A DNA stretch of 64,000 nt from Roseibacillus sp. (GCA_051251855.1 JBPOGI010000001.1:896001-960000), one strand, 5' to 3'; counted from the stretch's first letter, positions 20,401 through 30,468 are shown. The notes: generated by a model from the sequence alone, not told the origin. Translations and numbers: made by a program.

Positions 20401-22891
20401 AGAGGAAGGAGAAGCCGAAGGCGGTGAAGTCGAAATCGTAGCCGTAGATTTGGACAGGACCGGTGAAGGGGTTGCTGGTGGGTTCATGAATACCGCTAAC
20501 GCCGGAGAGTCGAGCGTAATATTTAGCACGGTTTCCGAGGGTATAAGTTGGGCTGGTTGTTCCTCCGATGGTGCTGATGGCGGAGACGGTCGAAGTTTCG
20601 TCGGCGACCCGGAAGTTCATCCCGGGATAGTCTGCGAGTCCGTCGAGGTATTCGGGAGAGCCGGGGCGTTCGTCGATGGTGGTGTCGGTGGGTGAGAACC
20701 CTGAGCTGAGGATGCGACCGGGTCCGTTCCTGACATCGAGTCCGTATTCGGTTCCCGAGAGAAAGTGGCCAGCCATGAGGAAGCGTCCCTTACCAAAGAC
20801 GGTGGTGTCGTGAGCGTAGGTGAGATTGGGTGGGGCTGTGGAGAGGGCATCGATGTATCCCAGCACGAGATCGCGGCGGGAGCTTTGTTGGATAATGTTT
20901 CCTCCCACGGAGAGACCGCCATCGAGGGTGAAGGCGAGGTCGTCGGTAGGATTGATTTTTGTATTGGCAAAACCAACAGTCCCGCAACCAAGAGCGGCAG
21001 CATCCGCGCAATCACGCGCATAAGGGAGTGCGAGGTTGGAAGGGTTTTCGAGGGCGCTGGAAGCAGGGACGGGGAGGTCGTCCTCGATAACGAGAATGCT
21101 GGGGTCGGCCCAGGCAACGAAGGCGGCGTAGGGGAAATGGCTGTGGAAATCGCCAGGATCGAAGTCGAGTTCGATGGTCAGCTCGGCGGTGCCGAGATTG
21201 GAGGGTTCGATTTTGGGAGTTGGAAGCTGAGCCGTCACTCCAGCAACGTGCTTGTAGTAGTTTTCGTTGGAGAGGTAGACCTTGTCGGCCGCAGGAAGGG
21301 GCGAGGACGCAAGGATCTGTTCCTCCTGCTCGCGAAGGTATTGCACGGTGATGGCTCCCCAGGGTTTGATGACGCCGTTGGCAATTTCCCAAAGAATGGT
21401 GTCTGAGGTGACTTCGATGGGTTTTGTTTCCTCGACGAGAGTGAACGTTCCTCCGCCACCGGGAGTGAAGAGGATATTGTTGGTGGTGGGCTCAAGGTCG
21501 TCTGTCATTAAGCGAACGCCCGAATTTAGAGTAGATTTGTAGACGCGGCGTTTCACGTTTCCGAGCGATTCGGTGTGAACTCCCAAGCCGGTCGGGAGAA
21601 TAAGACCGATGTCGGCATGGACTCCGTTGCCATCGAAATACATGTCAGAGCGAGTGAAGCGGATTTGGTTGATGGTCCCAGTAAGACCTTGCAGAGGAAT
21701 CTCGATATCGATGGGGGTGGTGGTGTCGATGAACTCGGCGTGGCCATCGTCGTAGAGGTCAACAAAGTTGGTATTGGTTCCGGCGAAGGTGTAGTTGGGA
21801 AATCCTGCGATGGAGCCGGTGGGTGAATCGATGATGGTGACGAGGTGATCGACATCGAAGAGATCTTGGACTTCGCTATCGTCGTTACCGAGCGAGTCCA
21901 TGATGAGGTTGACGGTGTTGCCGTCATTTTCTCCAATGAGAGTACCGTTAAAGTGATGGAGGGTTTCGTTACTGGATTTTTCGTTTTTCTCGTCGTCGCG
22001 GTTGGAGCCGGTGGATTCTTGGTGGGAAAGGCTGACGGAGATAAAGTATTTCTTGGAAGCGCTTGCGAGCTGAGTGTCGGGTTTGAATGTGAAGACCTTG
22101 TTCACGGCTTTGCTTTCGGGTTCCTGAATGGCGCCATTGAGGGTGAATTCGGAAAGGTTTCGGTTGAAAAGTTCTTCGTCGAAGGCGGTCGCTATCACGG
22201 TGTTGGTTCCTTGTTCACGGAGCTCATAAGTGAGCCTGAGGGCGATGGAGTCCGCTCCAGGCGAAGCGGCGAGAAAGTTGTCGTAGCGGTGAAGGAGGAA
22301 GTGGGCTCTGACTTCGAATTCTTGTTGAGCAGGATCGAGGGCGGTTTGTAAGGACCAGCGTCGGATCCAGTCTATGGAGGTGACTTCTGCGATCACGTTG
22401 ACTGCGGCATCGGTGTCGACGGTGTTTTCAAAGTGGAGGAACTGCTGGGCGGCGGAATCGAGGGAGTCTTGGAGACTGGCAGAACCTCCGATGTTTTCCT
22501 GAAGGCCAGCCCGGATGTAGTAGTTCTTCCACGGAACAAGGGTGACGGTGGGGGTGACTTTGATGTTCCGAACTTCGGAAGTGTAACCAGTGACGGCATT
22601 GACTGAAAAAGGAGTGCCAATGAACTCTTCTACGAGGGCGTTGGTTCCTGCCTCGCGAATTTGCAGGTCGATGCGGTAATCGGTGGACTCACCGGCAAGG
22701 ACATTAGTCTTGTATTTGAAGGCGACGTCGGTGCTGATTTGGTCGCGCTCGAAGCCTGGGTCGGTCCGATTTGCGTCGGAGGCTAGGACGAAGGAGCCAC
22801 TAATGATGGTGACGGCGGTGATCTCTTCGGTGACCGTTGCTTGAGCGGCGGCGGTGTAGAGAAGGCAGAGAAGGATGGATAGGCGTTTCAT
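17441..22891 (-). CDS. Very large (1816 aa) acidic secreted protein of unknown function
   Basis: Long uninterrupted ORF, clear signal peptide; beta-rich N-terminus, helical middle, Gly/Cys-rich beta C-terminus. Confidence 0.8.
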   Translation of the reverse strand: MKRLSILLCLLYTAAAQATVTEEITAVTIISGSFVLASDANRTDPGFERDQISTDVAFKYKTNVLAGESTDYRIDLQIREAGTNALVEEFIGTPFSVNAVTGYTSEVRNIKVTPTVTLVPWKNYYIRAGLQENIGGSASLQDSLDSAAQQFLHFENTVDTDAAVNVIAEVTSIDWIRRWSLQTALDPAQQEFEVRAHFLLHRYDNFLAASPGADSIALRLTYELREQGTNTVIATAFDEELFNRNLSEFTLNGAIQEPESKAVNKVFTFKPDTQLASASKKYFISVSLSHQESTGSNRDDEKNEKSSNETLHHFNGTLIGENDGNTVNLIMDSLGNDDSEVQDLFDVDHLVTIIDSPTGSIAGFPNYTFAGTNTNFVDLYDDGHAEFIDTTTPIDIEIPLQGLTGTINQIRFTRSDMYFDGNGVHADIGLILPTGLGVHTESLGNVKRRVYKSTLNSGVRLMTDDLEPTTNNILFTPGGGGTFTLVEETKPIEVTSDTILWEIANGVIKPWGAITVQYLREQEEQILASSPLPAADKVYLSNENYYKHVAGVTAQLPTPKIEPSNLGTAELTIELDFDPGDFHSHFPYAAFVAWADPSILVIEDDLPVPASSALENPSNLALPYARDCADAAALGCGTVGFANTKINPTDDLAFTLDGGLSVGGNIIQQSSRRDLVLGYIDALSTAPPNLTYAHDTTVFGKGRFLMAGHFLSGTEYGLDVRNGPGRILSSGFSPTDTTIDERPGSPEYLDGLADYPGMNFRVADETSTVSAISTIGGTTSPTYTLGNRAKYYARLSGVSGIHEPTSNPFTGPVQIYGYDFDFTAFGFSFLSSEVHDSITAGSMDVPYPSEFTLDFDPLYLNCLGALTTAEIDGGTLESSLNYWQAPFVASAAQFEPPAGGECDPSEAYLTLGVTASASNFSSQLAGKLGFKADGNLTTLKDSDDGTGPEAVDSRLSLVSNAYINGPGEEQYHFTPITNAYFDNYDLAEPPTDPLNPNVGQLNFFGQLDVAFFESPVVHLQTGAKAPDTPGHETDLIHLTAGWLENNERAETSEFFDIDNRGRPATGSLQEYRDTTNSEHQVHAIHDWLNVVNFDYALQWSTASRSFKSIAPKTNDLMVITTENELLYLSAENAELDFGASLDLGIPEINLSSLALNALDESTGVLEALTQSLSGELTDVLIGGLDAGESLLNDRLDELFDELFASNVDPVIDDFYNALAAAGTDPVAFQNAIDTYANQSGTGPIYDSILGLVGSPTDSTSLARSVDDSLAHLQAGIRSIIGQVELDSSGEVVLNNPTLTFPEEAVASAGNSLAEGIFARTDSNNDGTPDELGYEIAKVLVIALLEELAPDISDNLSAVLNAAAGALLNEVEDELNAALAEVAPSLEAIKNTLMDVHNTIGDLRTDLTIFNVLDDKFNENSAEIYTMLNSVKLVAEQFLNNVDFDEYSEEEVKELFRIALRDQFDASSLIGKIRLTLVTYLYDLNDSLNEAISSGFSQLNRMLTELVEDVLPIDSGLQGMLDELASVGAAGKIDGYAHINGDALRHLRLDAEIELQLPDEFNIAGYLEINQLDSLGSDVCSFDADGGYAAEVKMGAVDIPARFLGGEPRFDVETKFTFSTTDGFSLRGMGGSIEMTGGELNFEAMKITSLGAAAMFGIDENYMAAKVGLEFDDYALAGGVFFGRTCSLDPLILVDPEVAAVLGDPPFTGIYAYGEAQIPIINYGCLFSLSAKAGVGVFVFAEGPTVGGKMLVGASGRALCAVEVGGEITLIGAKVGNDFNFSGKGRVFGEVGICPLCTSFDKSVTITYKNDKWDYDY

Positions 22892-22992
22892 GGAAGTCCC
22901 GGTTGCAAGGGACTACCACGTGGCGCTGGCTTTCTGACAGCGAAGGGCAGAAAGTTTTCTAAATGGGGAAAACGGTTGGCTACTGAGGTGCC

Positions 22993-23859
22993 TTACGAGT
23001 GTAAGTTCTTGGCGGCAGCGGCTTCTTGCTTGGCAAGAATCTGCTTTTGGTAGCGGCTCTGCACAATATCGGTGAGGACGAGGACGGCGATCACGAAGTA
23101 GAAAGTCGTCTTAGTCATGGGCATGATGGGATTGCCGGCGATGTGAAGGTGGGCGAGGTGTCCGCCTTCGGTGAGGAGCATAATGCCGACGATGAAGAGG
23201 ACGAAAAGACCCAGGACTTCATACATGCGATTTTTCTGAAGGAAGGCCGCGACCCGATCTGCAAGCCAAATCATGAGAATGCCGCTGATGATGATGGCAA
23301 TGACCATGAGCTCAATACGTTGGTTTCCTGTGGCTTCGTCTTTGGCTAGGGCCATCGCAGAAAGAATGGAATCGAAGGAGAAGATGACGTTCATGGTGAC
23401 AATGAGACTCACCGTTTTCGCTACTGAGGCAGGCTTTTGACCGTCATGAGCCAGGTCATAAGTGCCTAGCATATGAAAAATTTCTTTCACGGCCGTGTAG
23501 AGGATAAAGGCTCCGCCAAAGAGAACGATGATGGCATGAAAGTTGAAGGTGCCATCGACGATGCTTTTAATAGTGGAACCTGTTTTTTCGGTCTCGATGC
23601 CATGATGAGTTGTCTCGGTTACAATATCGCTCCCAAGATGAATTCCAAAGATGGGGTCTTGGAACTTGGAAACTAGGGAGACCACGATGAAAAGCAGGAC
23701 AATCCGAAATCCGACGGCGAGACCGATACCCAAGCGTCGCACGAAGGCCTGCTTCTCGGGGGCGACTCGTTTGGACTCAAGAGAGATGTAAAGGAGGTTG
23801 TCGAAGCCGAGAACGGCCTGAAGCAAAATCAACAAGAAGAGGGTGATGACGTATTCCAT
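22993..23859 (-). CDS. TerC family membrane protein
   Basis: LQAVLGFDNL, FSFDSILSA, multiple TM helices. Confidence 0.9.
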   Translation of the reverse strand: MEYVITLFLLILLQAVLGFDNLLYISLESKRVAPEKQAFVRRLGIGLAVGFRIVLLFIVVSLVSKFQDPIFGIHLGSDIVTETTHHGIETEKTGSTIKSIVDGTFNFHAIIVLFGGAFILYTAVKEIFHMLGTYDLAHDGQKPASVAKTVSLIVTMNVIFSFDSILSAMALAKDEATGNQRIELMVIAIIISGILMIWLADRVAAFLQKNRMYEVLGLFVLFIVGIMLLTEGGHLAHLHIAGNPIMPMTKTTFYFVIAVLVLTDIVQSRYQKQILAKQEAAAAKNLHS

Positions 23860-23983
23860 GCAAGCGATGCTAGAAAAATGCTACCGACTGGCAAGAAAAG
23901 GAACTGACTGTTATGTGTGCGCCTAATTAAGCCTTCCTTGAGACTCGACTTGAGCGTGGGTGAAGGGAAAATTGCACCACGAT

Positions 23984-24916
23984 ATGGATGAGACAATTTT
24001 GATTGCGGTGTTGATGGGAGGCCCTGGTTCTGAGCGAGACGTCTCTTTGGCTTCAGGAAAGGCTGTTTTGGAGGCTTTGCAGGAAGAGGGCTTGCAGGCG
24101 GTGGGAGTGGATGTGGTGGATACGACTCCGAAGCTGCCGGAAGGCACAGGTTTGGTATTTAATGTCATTCATGGGACATTTGGGGAGGACGGAGGTCTTC
24201 AGTCTTACTTAGAGGGGTTGGGCGTGCCTTACACAGGAGGTGGAGTAGACGACAGTCGCGTTGCCTTCGATAAGGCCTTGAGCAAGGAGGTGTTCTTGGA
24301 AAAAGGAGTGCCGACGCCTCATTCTGAGATTCTGGATGTGAGTGACGGGGCTAAGCTTCCTTCGATTCAAGTGCCGTTCGTAGTGAAGCCGCCGCGGGAG
24401 GGAAGTAGCGTTGGTATTGAGATTGTGAAGGATGCCGCTAAGGCACTGGCTGCGATTGAGCGGGGCGCAAAATTCAGTGATGACCTTCTTATTGAGGAAT
24501 TTGTGGAAGGGCGCGAACTGACTGTCGGGGTTCTAGATGGCGAGGTTTTGCCGGTGGTCGAAATTATTCCCCCTGATGGTGGAAGCTATGATTTCGCAAC
24601 GAAATATACGTGGTTGAGCGGTCAGAAGAACGCGAGTAATTACCTCTGTCCGGCCGAGATTACACCTGAAGAAACAGCGATTGTGCAGGCCGCTGCATTG
24701 AAAGCACACGAATCATTGCAGATTGGAGTTTACTCTCGGGTGGATGTTCTGCTAAATTCGTTAAGCAAACCTTACGTTTTAGAAGCCAATACTATTCCTG
24801 GAATGACAGCGAGTAGCCTTTTGCCCATGGGGGCCAAGGCTGCGGGCTATTCTTTCGGGGCCCTTTGCCGCCGTATCGCAGAGTTGTCTTGGCAAAAGCG
24901 CGGGGCGAAAGCTTAA
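23984..24916 (+). CDS. ddl: D-alanine--D-alanine ligase
   Basis: GGPGSERDVSLASG, HGTFGEDG, KPPREGSSVG, EANTIPGMT. Confidence 0.95.
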   Translation: MDETILIAVLMGGPGSERDVSLASGKAVLEALQEEGLQAVGVDVVDTTPKLPEGTGLVFNVIHGTFGEDGGLQSYLEGLGVPYTGGGVDDSRVAFDKALSKEVFLEKGVPTPHSEILDVSDGAKLPSIQVPFVVKPPREGSSVGIEIVKDAAKALAAIERGAKFSDDLLIEEFVEGRELTVGVLDGEVLPVVEIIPPDGGSYDFATKYTWLSGQKNASNYLCPAEITPEETAIVQAAALKAHESLQIGVYSRVDVLLNSLSKPYVLEANTIPGMTASSLLPMGAKAAGYSFGALCRRIAELSWQKRGAKA

Positions 24917-24923
24917 GCCATTC

Positions 24924-25901
24924 ATGTCACGTAAACGAACCAGTCGGGTAAAAAAACAAGTCACCGGATCACGTGGGGTGAATCTACGTGCTAAGAGTGG
25001 GCGTGTGATGTGGTGTCGGACTAAGGCGAGCACGATGCGCGCAACGAAGTGGCTAGTGTTACTCCTGATTTTGGGGGTGGGTGTGGTTTTGGGTAGGTCG
25101 GCGATGCAGCGGGTCTTTTTAGATAGCGAAGAGTTTGCTTTGAAGAGTGTGGAGTTGTGGCAGTGGGAAGGTGAGGAAACTCCACGGTTGCTGAATCACA
25201 AACGTTTGACGGAGGTTACAGGCCTAGACCCTCGGGCGAGTATTTTTTCTTTCCAGCTCAATCAATTGGAAGAGGAGCTTGAAGCCTTGCCAGAGGTGAA
25301 GAGGGTGAGAGCAACAAGGCGCCTACCTGATGTATTGCGCATTCGGGTCGAAGAGCGTGAGCCTGTGGCTTGGATTGAGTCTCCTATGCAGCGAATCAAA
25401 GGGCGGAGTTTTAAGTATGGGATGTTGGTTGATGGCGAGGGGTTTTGCTTCCGGCCGACAGATGCAATGTTTGAGGTGGTGAACGATTTGCCTGTGATAA
25501 CGACTGGTGAACGAGGTGAGGGGGATTTTGTTGCGGGAACGAAAGCGGATGGACGTGAGTTTTTAAGAGCATTAGAATTGGTGAAGCTCTCTAAGCGTTA
25601 TCTTGGTGAGGCTGGATGGAGTTTGCCGGCGATTGGCCTTCGTAATGAGTTTTCGCTGTTGGCTAAGACTCATACGGGAACTGTCGTGACCTTTGGCTTG
25701 TATGAGCATGAGCGTCAGCTGGAAGACCTCCTCTTGATTCTCGATCACGCTCGCAAGACTTCACGTGGTGTGAAGCGTGTGAACTTAATTCCAGAACGAA
25801 ATATTCCAGTGGTGTTCGCTAATGCGAACGGAGAGAATGTGCTAGAGGTGTCGAATTCACCTCTAGAAAGCAGTTTAGATTCAATTTTGACTCGTAGCTA
25901 A
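24924..25901 (+). CDS. ftsQ: Cell division protein FtsQ/DivIB
   Basis: Basic N-terminus, one TM helix, POTRA motif (LPEVKRVRATRRLPDVLRIRVEEREP); lies between ddl and ftsA. Confidence 0.85.
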   Translation: MSRKRTSRVKKQVTGSRGVNLRAKSGRVMWCRTKASTMRATKWLVLLLILGVGVVLGRSAMQRVFLDSEEFALKSVELWQWEGEETPRLLNHKRLTEVTGLDPRASIFSFQLNQLEEELEALPEVKRVRATRRLPDVLRIRVEEREPVAWIESPMQRIKGRSFKYGMLVDGEGFCFRPTDAMFEVVNDLPVITTGERGEGDFVAGTKADGREFLRALELVKLSKRYLGEAGWSLPAIGLRNEFSLLAKTHTGTVVTFGLYEHERQLEDLLLILDHARKTSRGVKRVNLIPERNIPVVFANANGENVLEVSNSPLESSLDSILTRS

Positions 25902-25906
25902 AAGAA

Positions 25907-27121
25907 ATGGCAAAGACTCGTATTCATGTTGGTTTGGAGATTGGCACCACCAAGACGGTGATGGTGGTTGCAGAGGTGAAACCAGATGGATCGGTAAAGA
26001 TTCTGGGCGTTGGAGAAGGAAAAACAGCGGGCGTTCGTAAGGGCGAAATCGCTGATTTTCTTCAGGTGAAGGCTTGTGTGAAGTCGGCTTTGCTCGAAGC
26101 GGAAGATGCGAGTGATGTTGAAATCAATAGTGTCTTTTTGGCTGTGACCGGCAGTCATATTCAGGGAGTGAATAATGTGGGAACGTTTCGTTTACCAGAT
26201 AACGAGAAAGAAGTGGCCCAAGAGCATGTTGAGGAGGTAAAGGAGATTGCTGCTGATCTGCAATTGCCGGCAGAGCATGTTTATCTCCATAATCTCGTTC
26301 GCCATTTTAACTTGGATGGTCAGCAGCACGCAAATAGCCCAGTGGGTTTGATTGGGCGGACGCTGGAGGCTGATTTTCATATCGTGCATGGGATGGAGAC
26401 GCGGATTCAGAATTCGATCAAGTGTGTGCGGGAGACGCCTTTGGATGTAGACGATGTTGTCTTTGGACCTGTGGCTTCAGCTCAGATTGCGTTGACTAAA
26501 TCGCGGAAGGAAGCTGGGGCGATGGTGATCGATATTGGAGGTGGAACTACCGACTACATTCTTTATCTCGAAGGTGCAATTGCGGCTTCGGGATGCGTGC
26601 CTGTGGGGGGAGATCATATCACTAACGATATTCACCTCGTGACTCATATCCCGCTGTCGAAGTCCGAGAAGATTAAGGTCAATGAGGCTGATGTATCGGG
26701 AGACCCGGCTAAGTCTGTGGGGACCGTTAAAATTACCGACGATAAGGGCTTTCCGGACGTTGAAGTTCAGCGACAGGAGTTGAATGATGTTGCCCGTTGG
26801 CGTCTCGAAGAGACTTTTGAGATCGTGAAGGGCAAGTTGCCCGAAGGCTGGAAAGAGCAGGTCGGAACCGGGGTGTTCTTAACAGGGGGAACGAGTTTGA
26901 TGAACGGTATTGGTGAATTGGCTTGTGAGGTCTTTGGCTTGCCTGTTTATCGTCCGGAGCGCCCTGAGGTCAGTGGAGTTCATGCCTATTTCAAAGACCC
27001 CCAGTATTCCACTGCGCTAGGTCTGATTCGTTATGCTCAGATTCTAGATGAAGAGCGTCCTGAAAAGGGTGGTGGAATTGGGACCTTCTTTAAGGCCTTG
27101 TTGCCTTTTGGGCATCGATAG
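25907..27121 (+). CDS. ftsA: Cell division protein FtsA
   Basis: GLEIGTTK, GVRKGEI, IDIGGGTTD, GGDHITNDI, LTGG, STALGL. Confidence 0.93.
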   Translation: MAKTRIHVGLEIGTTKTVMVVAEVKPDGSVKILGVGEGKTAGVRKGEIADFLQVKACVKSALLEAEDASDVEINSVFLAVTGSHIQGVNNVGTFRLPDNEKEVAQEHVEEVKEIAADLQLPAEHVYLHNLVRHFNLDGQQHANSPVGLIGRTLEADFHIVHGMETRIQNSIKCVRETPLDVDDVVFGPVASAQIALTKSRKEAGAMVIDIGGGTTDYILYLEGAIAASGCVPVGGDHITNDIHLVTHIPLSKSEKIKVNEADVSGDPAKSVGTVKITDDKGFPDVEVQRQELNDVARWRLEETFEIVKGKLPEGWKEQVGTGVFLTGGTSLMNGIGELACEVFGLPVYRPERPEVSGVHAYFKDPQYSTALGLIRYAQILDEERPEKGGGIGTFFKALLPFGHR

Positions 27122-27150
27122 CCGGTCTTACGCGGCCAGCTCAAGAGGTT

Positions 27151-27825
27151 CTAAGTGATGATGGTTTGGGCGGTTTCGGCCTTATCTTTTTCCAAGGAAA
27201 GCACCGCGAGGTGGCGGTCGACGGATTTTCCTTCGGTTTGAATGACAGGGCGTGAGCGAGGATTTTTGACAGTGGTCAGCAGGTGAGCTCCGAGGGATTC
27301 GAGGGCGCTGAGGGCAAGAAGGTGCTCTTTGTCGAAGTAGGAAGTAATCACAAGGAGGCCTTGGGGATGCAGTTGGTGAAGGGCGTGATCGAAGAGTGAG
27401 GTCCAGAGTTTTGGCCCGTTCCAGAAGTTTTGGTGTCGGAAGAAGGCAAGGTGGGTGGGACTGGGGATTTGCTTGAGGAGGGGAAGTTTGGAGGCGTCGA
27501 GATTGAGAAAGCTAGCGCGTAGGTTGGGGGCGCTGTGGGCTTGAGCTGACCAGCGTGCGGTGGCCTCATCGAGTTCGGCAGGGCGGATGTCGATGCCGGT
27601 GAACTGGATGTCGCCGAGAGGGTGAGAGAAGAGGTCCGCGAGGAGTCCTGTTTCGTCCGACCGTCCGCAGGCTAGATTGAGGATGTTGCGCTGGGTGGGG
27701 AGCTGGCGATTGAATTGCGGCACGGCGTGAGCTTCTAACAGAGAACGGAGTGAGGCGAGGTCTTCGGGAGTTTCGCGGTAGGAGAAGGGTCTGTTGGGCA
27801 GATGCACGACGAGAGATGTAGCCAT
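27151..27825 (-). CDS. Class I SAM-dependent methyltransferase-like protein
   Basis: ILNLACG motif I, TGIDI motif, LHPQG. Confidence 0.7.
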   Translation of the reverse strand: MATSLVVHLPNRPFSYRETPEDLASLRSLLEAHAVPQFNRQLPTQRNILNLACGRSDETGLLADLFSHPLGDIQFTGIDIRPAELDEATARWSAQAHSAPNLRASFLNLDASKLPLLKQIPSPTHLAFFRHQNFWNGPKLWTSLFDHALHQLHPQGLLVITSYFDKEHLLALSALESLGAHLLTTVKNPRSRPVIQTEGKSVDRHLAVLSLEKDKAETAQTIIT

Positions 27826-27924
27826 GAATCGGAAGTAAGGGCGAGGCTGAATGGTTGGGAATGGACTTGGTAGACGTGCTTGGGGGTTGTGGGGATCGAG
27901 CCAGCCAGGGTAGATTGACGCGAC

Positions 27925-29043
27925 GTGAGCGATTTGGGTTCAGAACAGATTGGAGCAATAGCGGACTTATTCGCTATTGAGGGGGCGTTTGTGGGTGCGG
28001 AAGAGGTGGAAACGGGGTTGATCAATTCGACTTGGGTTGCGAGTTACGACTTGGGGAGGTCCAAGCCTTCACGATATATTCTGCAGCGAATTAACGAGTC
28101 TGTTTTCGGCGATCCTCTCGAGGTCATGCGCAATGTAGAGACGGTCACTCGCCATATTAACGAGAAGGTTTTGCGGGTGAAGAAGGATTCCAATGGGCAG
28201 ACCTTGAGCCTTTACCCTGGGCGCGGTGGGCAGAGCTTCGTGGAGGGGCCGGGTGGCGGCATCTGGCGCTGTTACAATTTTATTGAGGGGTGCCGGACCT
28301 ATGATGTGGTTGAGAATACGCGGCAAGCGTATCAAGGAGGGCATGCTTTCGGATCTTTTCAGAACTTGGTGAGCGATTTGTCGGCAGAGGATATTGTGGA
28401 GGTGATTCCTGATTTTCACAACACGCCCCAACGCTATTGTCAGTTGTTGGATGCGGTGGAAAAGAATGCAGCCGGCCGAGTGAATGAAGTCGCCGATGAA
28501 TTGCGGCGGATTCAGGGGTTTGAGGGAGAGATGAGTCGCATAACTGAACTTCAGGAGAAGGGAGCGCTTCCGGCTCGGGTGACTCACAACGACACTAAGA
28601 TTAACAACGTTCTTTTCGATATCGCGACGGATGAGGCGGTTTGTGTGATTGACCTTGATACCGTGATGCCGGGTCTTTCTTTATACGACTTTGGCGATTT
28701 GGTGAGGACTTCGGTGAATCCGGCGGAGGAGGATGAGCGAGACTTGTCGCTGGTGGAGATGCGGATGCCGATTTTCGAAGCGCTGGTAGAGGGGTATTTA
28801 GAAGCGGCAGGGGGAGTTTTAACGGAGTTGGAGGTCGAGCTGCTGCCCTTTTCGGGAAAGTTACTGGCAGTGGAGGTGGCGATGCGTTTCTTGGCTGATT
28901 ACTTGAATGGTGATCAGTATTTTCGGGTGAAAAGAGAGGGGCAGAACTTGGACCGGGCACGGACGCAGCTGAAGTTGGCGGAGGAGATCGGCAAGGCTGA
29001 AGAAGCGATGGGGATGTATGTTAAGAAGGTCATGGGCATTTAA
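27925..29043 (+). CDS. Aminoglycoside phosphotransferase family / N-acetylhexosamine 1-kinase-like
   Basis: GLINST, LQRIN, HNDTKINN, IDLDTVMPG, YDFGD. Confidence 0.85.
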   Translation: MSDLGSEQIGAIADLFAIEGAFVGAEEVETGLINSTWVASYDLGRSKPSRYILQRINESVFGDPLEVMRNVETVTRHINEKVLRVKKDSNGQTLSLYPGRGGQSFVEGPGGGIWRCYNFIEGCRTYDVVENTRQAYQGGHAFGSFQNLVSDLSAEDIVEVIPDFHNTPQRYCQLLDAVEKNAAGRVNEVADELRRIQGFEGEMSRITELQEKGALPARVTHNDTKINNVLFDIATDEAVCVIDLDTVMPGLSLYDFGDLVRTSVNPAEEDERDLSLVEMRMPIFEALVEGYLEAAGGVLTELEVELLPFSGKLLAVEVAMRFLADYLNGDQYFRVKREGQNLDRARTQLKLAEEIGKAEEAMGMYVKKVMGI

Positions 29044-29165
29044 CATTACTCTGCTTTTTCTGGCGGTGATGAGGTCCATCAAAGCCTCAGCAGAGAGTCG
29101 GTAGTTCTACTGGTGGAAAAGCTTTGCAGAATTGGAGCGAGGGCCTATGGGTCGGAAGACACGTG

Positions 29166-29558
29166 ATGAAATTTCTTACTCGTAAATGGATTAAACCAGA
29201 AGATCTTAACCCGAATGGCACTCTCTTTGGCGGGAGTTTATTGGCTTGGATTGATGAAGAAGCGGCCATTTATACCATCCTTCTTCTCAAAAGTCCTTAC
29301 GTGGTCACTAAGTTCATGTCGGAGATCAACTTTGTGAGCTCTGCGCGGTCTGGAGACATCATTGAAATGGGGATGGAGGTGCTGAAGTTCGGGCGGAGCT
29401 CGGTCACTCTGCGGTGTAAGGTTCGCAACATCATGACTCATCACACGGTCCTCGATATTGATCGGATTATTTTCGTAAATCTAGATTCATCGGGTTTACC
29501 GGCACCACATGGAATCAAAGAGATTCCTGAGCCTGAATCAATAGAGTCCGAACTTTAA
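29166..29558 (+). CDS. Acyl-CoA thioesterase (hotdog fold)
   Basis: DLNPNGTLFGGSLLAWIDE. Confidence 0.9.
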   Translation: MKFLTRKWIKPEDLNPNGTLFGGSLLAWIDEEAAIYTILLLKSPYVVTKFMSEINFVSSARSGDIIEMGMEVLKFGRSSVTLRCKVRNIMTHHTVLDIDRIIFVNLDSSGLPAPHGIKEIPEPESIESEL

Positions 29559-29630
29559 GCGCTCTATTGGTTTCCCTGAAGCGCTGCATTTCGAGAAGAC
29601 AGAATACTCTGTAATTAATGGAGCGATTTC

Positions 29631-30413
29631 CTAGATGGTCATCGCTTGGAAGCCGCCGTCGACGATGACTTCGGTGCCGGTGAGAAAGCTTCCGGCGTTG
29701 TTAGAGGCCAAGAGCAGAGTGGCTCCGATAAGCTCCTTTGGATTTCCAAACCGAGATGAGGGAGTGTGACGAAGAATTTCTGCGACGCGTGCCTCATCGA
29801 GGACGCTTTTATTCTGTTCTGCTGGGAAAAAACCGGGGACGAGAGTGTTGACGCGGATGTCGCGGTCGGCCCACTCACGGGCAAGGTTGCGAGTGAGGTT
29901 GTGCACGGCAGCCTTGGAGGCTGAGTAGGTGAAAACTCGAGAAAGCGGATTAAGGCCCGAAATCGAACCAAGGTTGATGATGGAGCCTTGCACGTCGCGG
30001 GAAAGGAAGTAGTTGCCGAAAATTTGGCAGGCTCGCATGACGCCGACGACATTAGTGTCGATGATGCGAAGAAACTCTTCGTCTGTGATTTCGACAAAGG
30101 GGGTGGGAGAGTTAACTCCGGCTCCGTTGATAAGAATGTCAGCCCGGCCGGATTGAGCGATGACGGAGTCGAGGAGGTCGTTGAGCGACTCGCGCTTACC
30201 GACTTCACCTTGAGCAAAATAGCCTTTGCCGCCAGCTGCTTCAATCTTGGCCAAGCGAGCTTCCGCTTTGGCTTCGTCGCGTCCTACCAAGACGACCTCA
30301 GCTCCCGCAGCGGCCAATCCTTCAGCCATGGTGCCGCAGAGTTCGCCGGTTCCGCCGATGACAACGGCGACTTTGCCTTGAAGGCCAAACAGATTTGAGA
30401 GGTAGTCATTCAT
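29631..30413 (-). CDS. SDR family oxidoreductase (gluconate 5-dehydrogenase/mannonate oxidoreductase-like)
   Basis: [29 protein letters not shown]. Confidence 0.88.
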   Translation of the reverse strand: MNDYLSNLFGLQGKVAVVIGGTGELCGTMAEGLAAAGAEVVLVGRDEAKAEARLAKIEAAGGKGYFAQGEVGKRESLNDLLDSVIAQSGRADILINGAGVNSPTPFVEITDEEFLRIIDTNVVGVMRACQIFGNYFLSRDVQGSIINLGSISGLNPLSRVFTYSASKAAVHNLTRNLAREWADRDIRVNTLVPGFFPAEQNKSVLDEARVAEILRHTPSSRFGNPKELIGATLLLASNNAGSFLTGTEVIVDGGFQAMTI

Positions 30414-30468
30414 GATTTAAACTAGGTGGAGTGTGTGTGGTCTCGTGAATTTTGCGAACTTTTTCGGG

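Noticed and set aside
13086..22891. G-rich appearance of several - strand genes as evidence of horizontal transfer
   Set aside because: Housekeeping - strand genes (ispD, photolyase) look similar, so strand/codon bias is a sufficient explanation; not quantified
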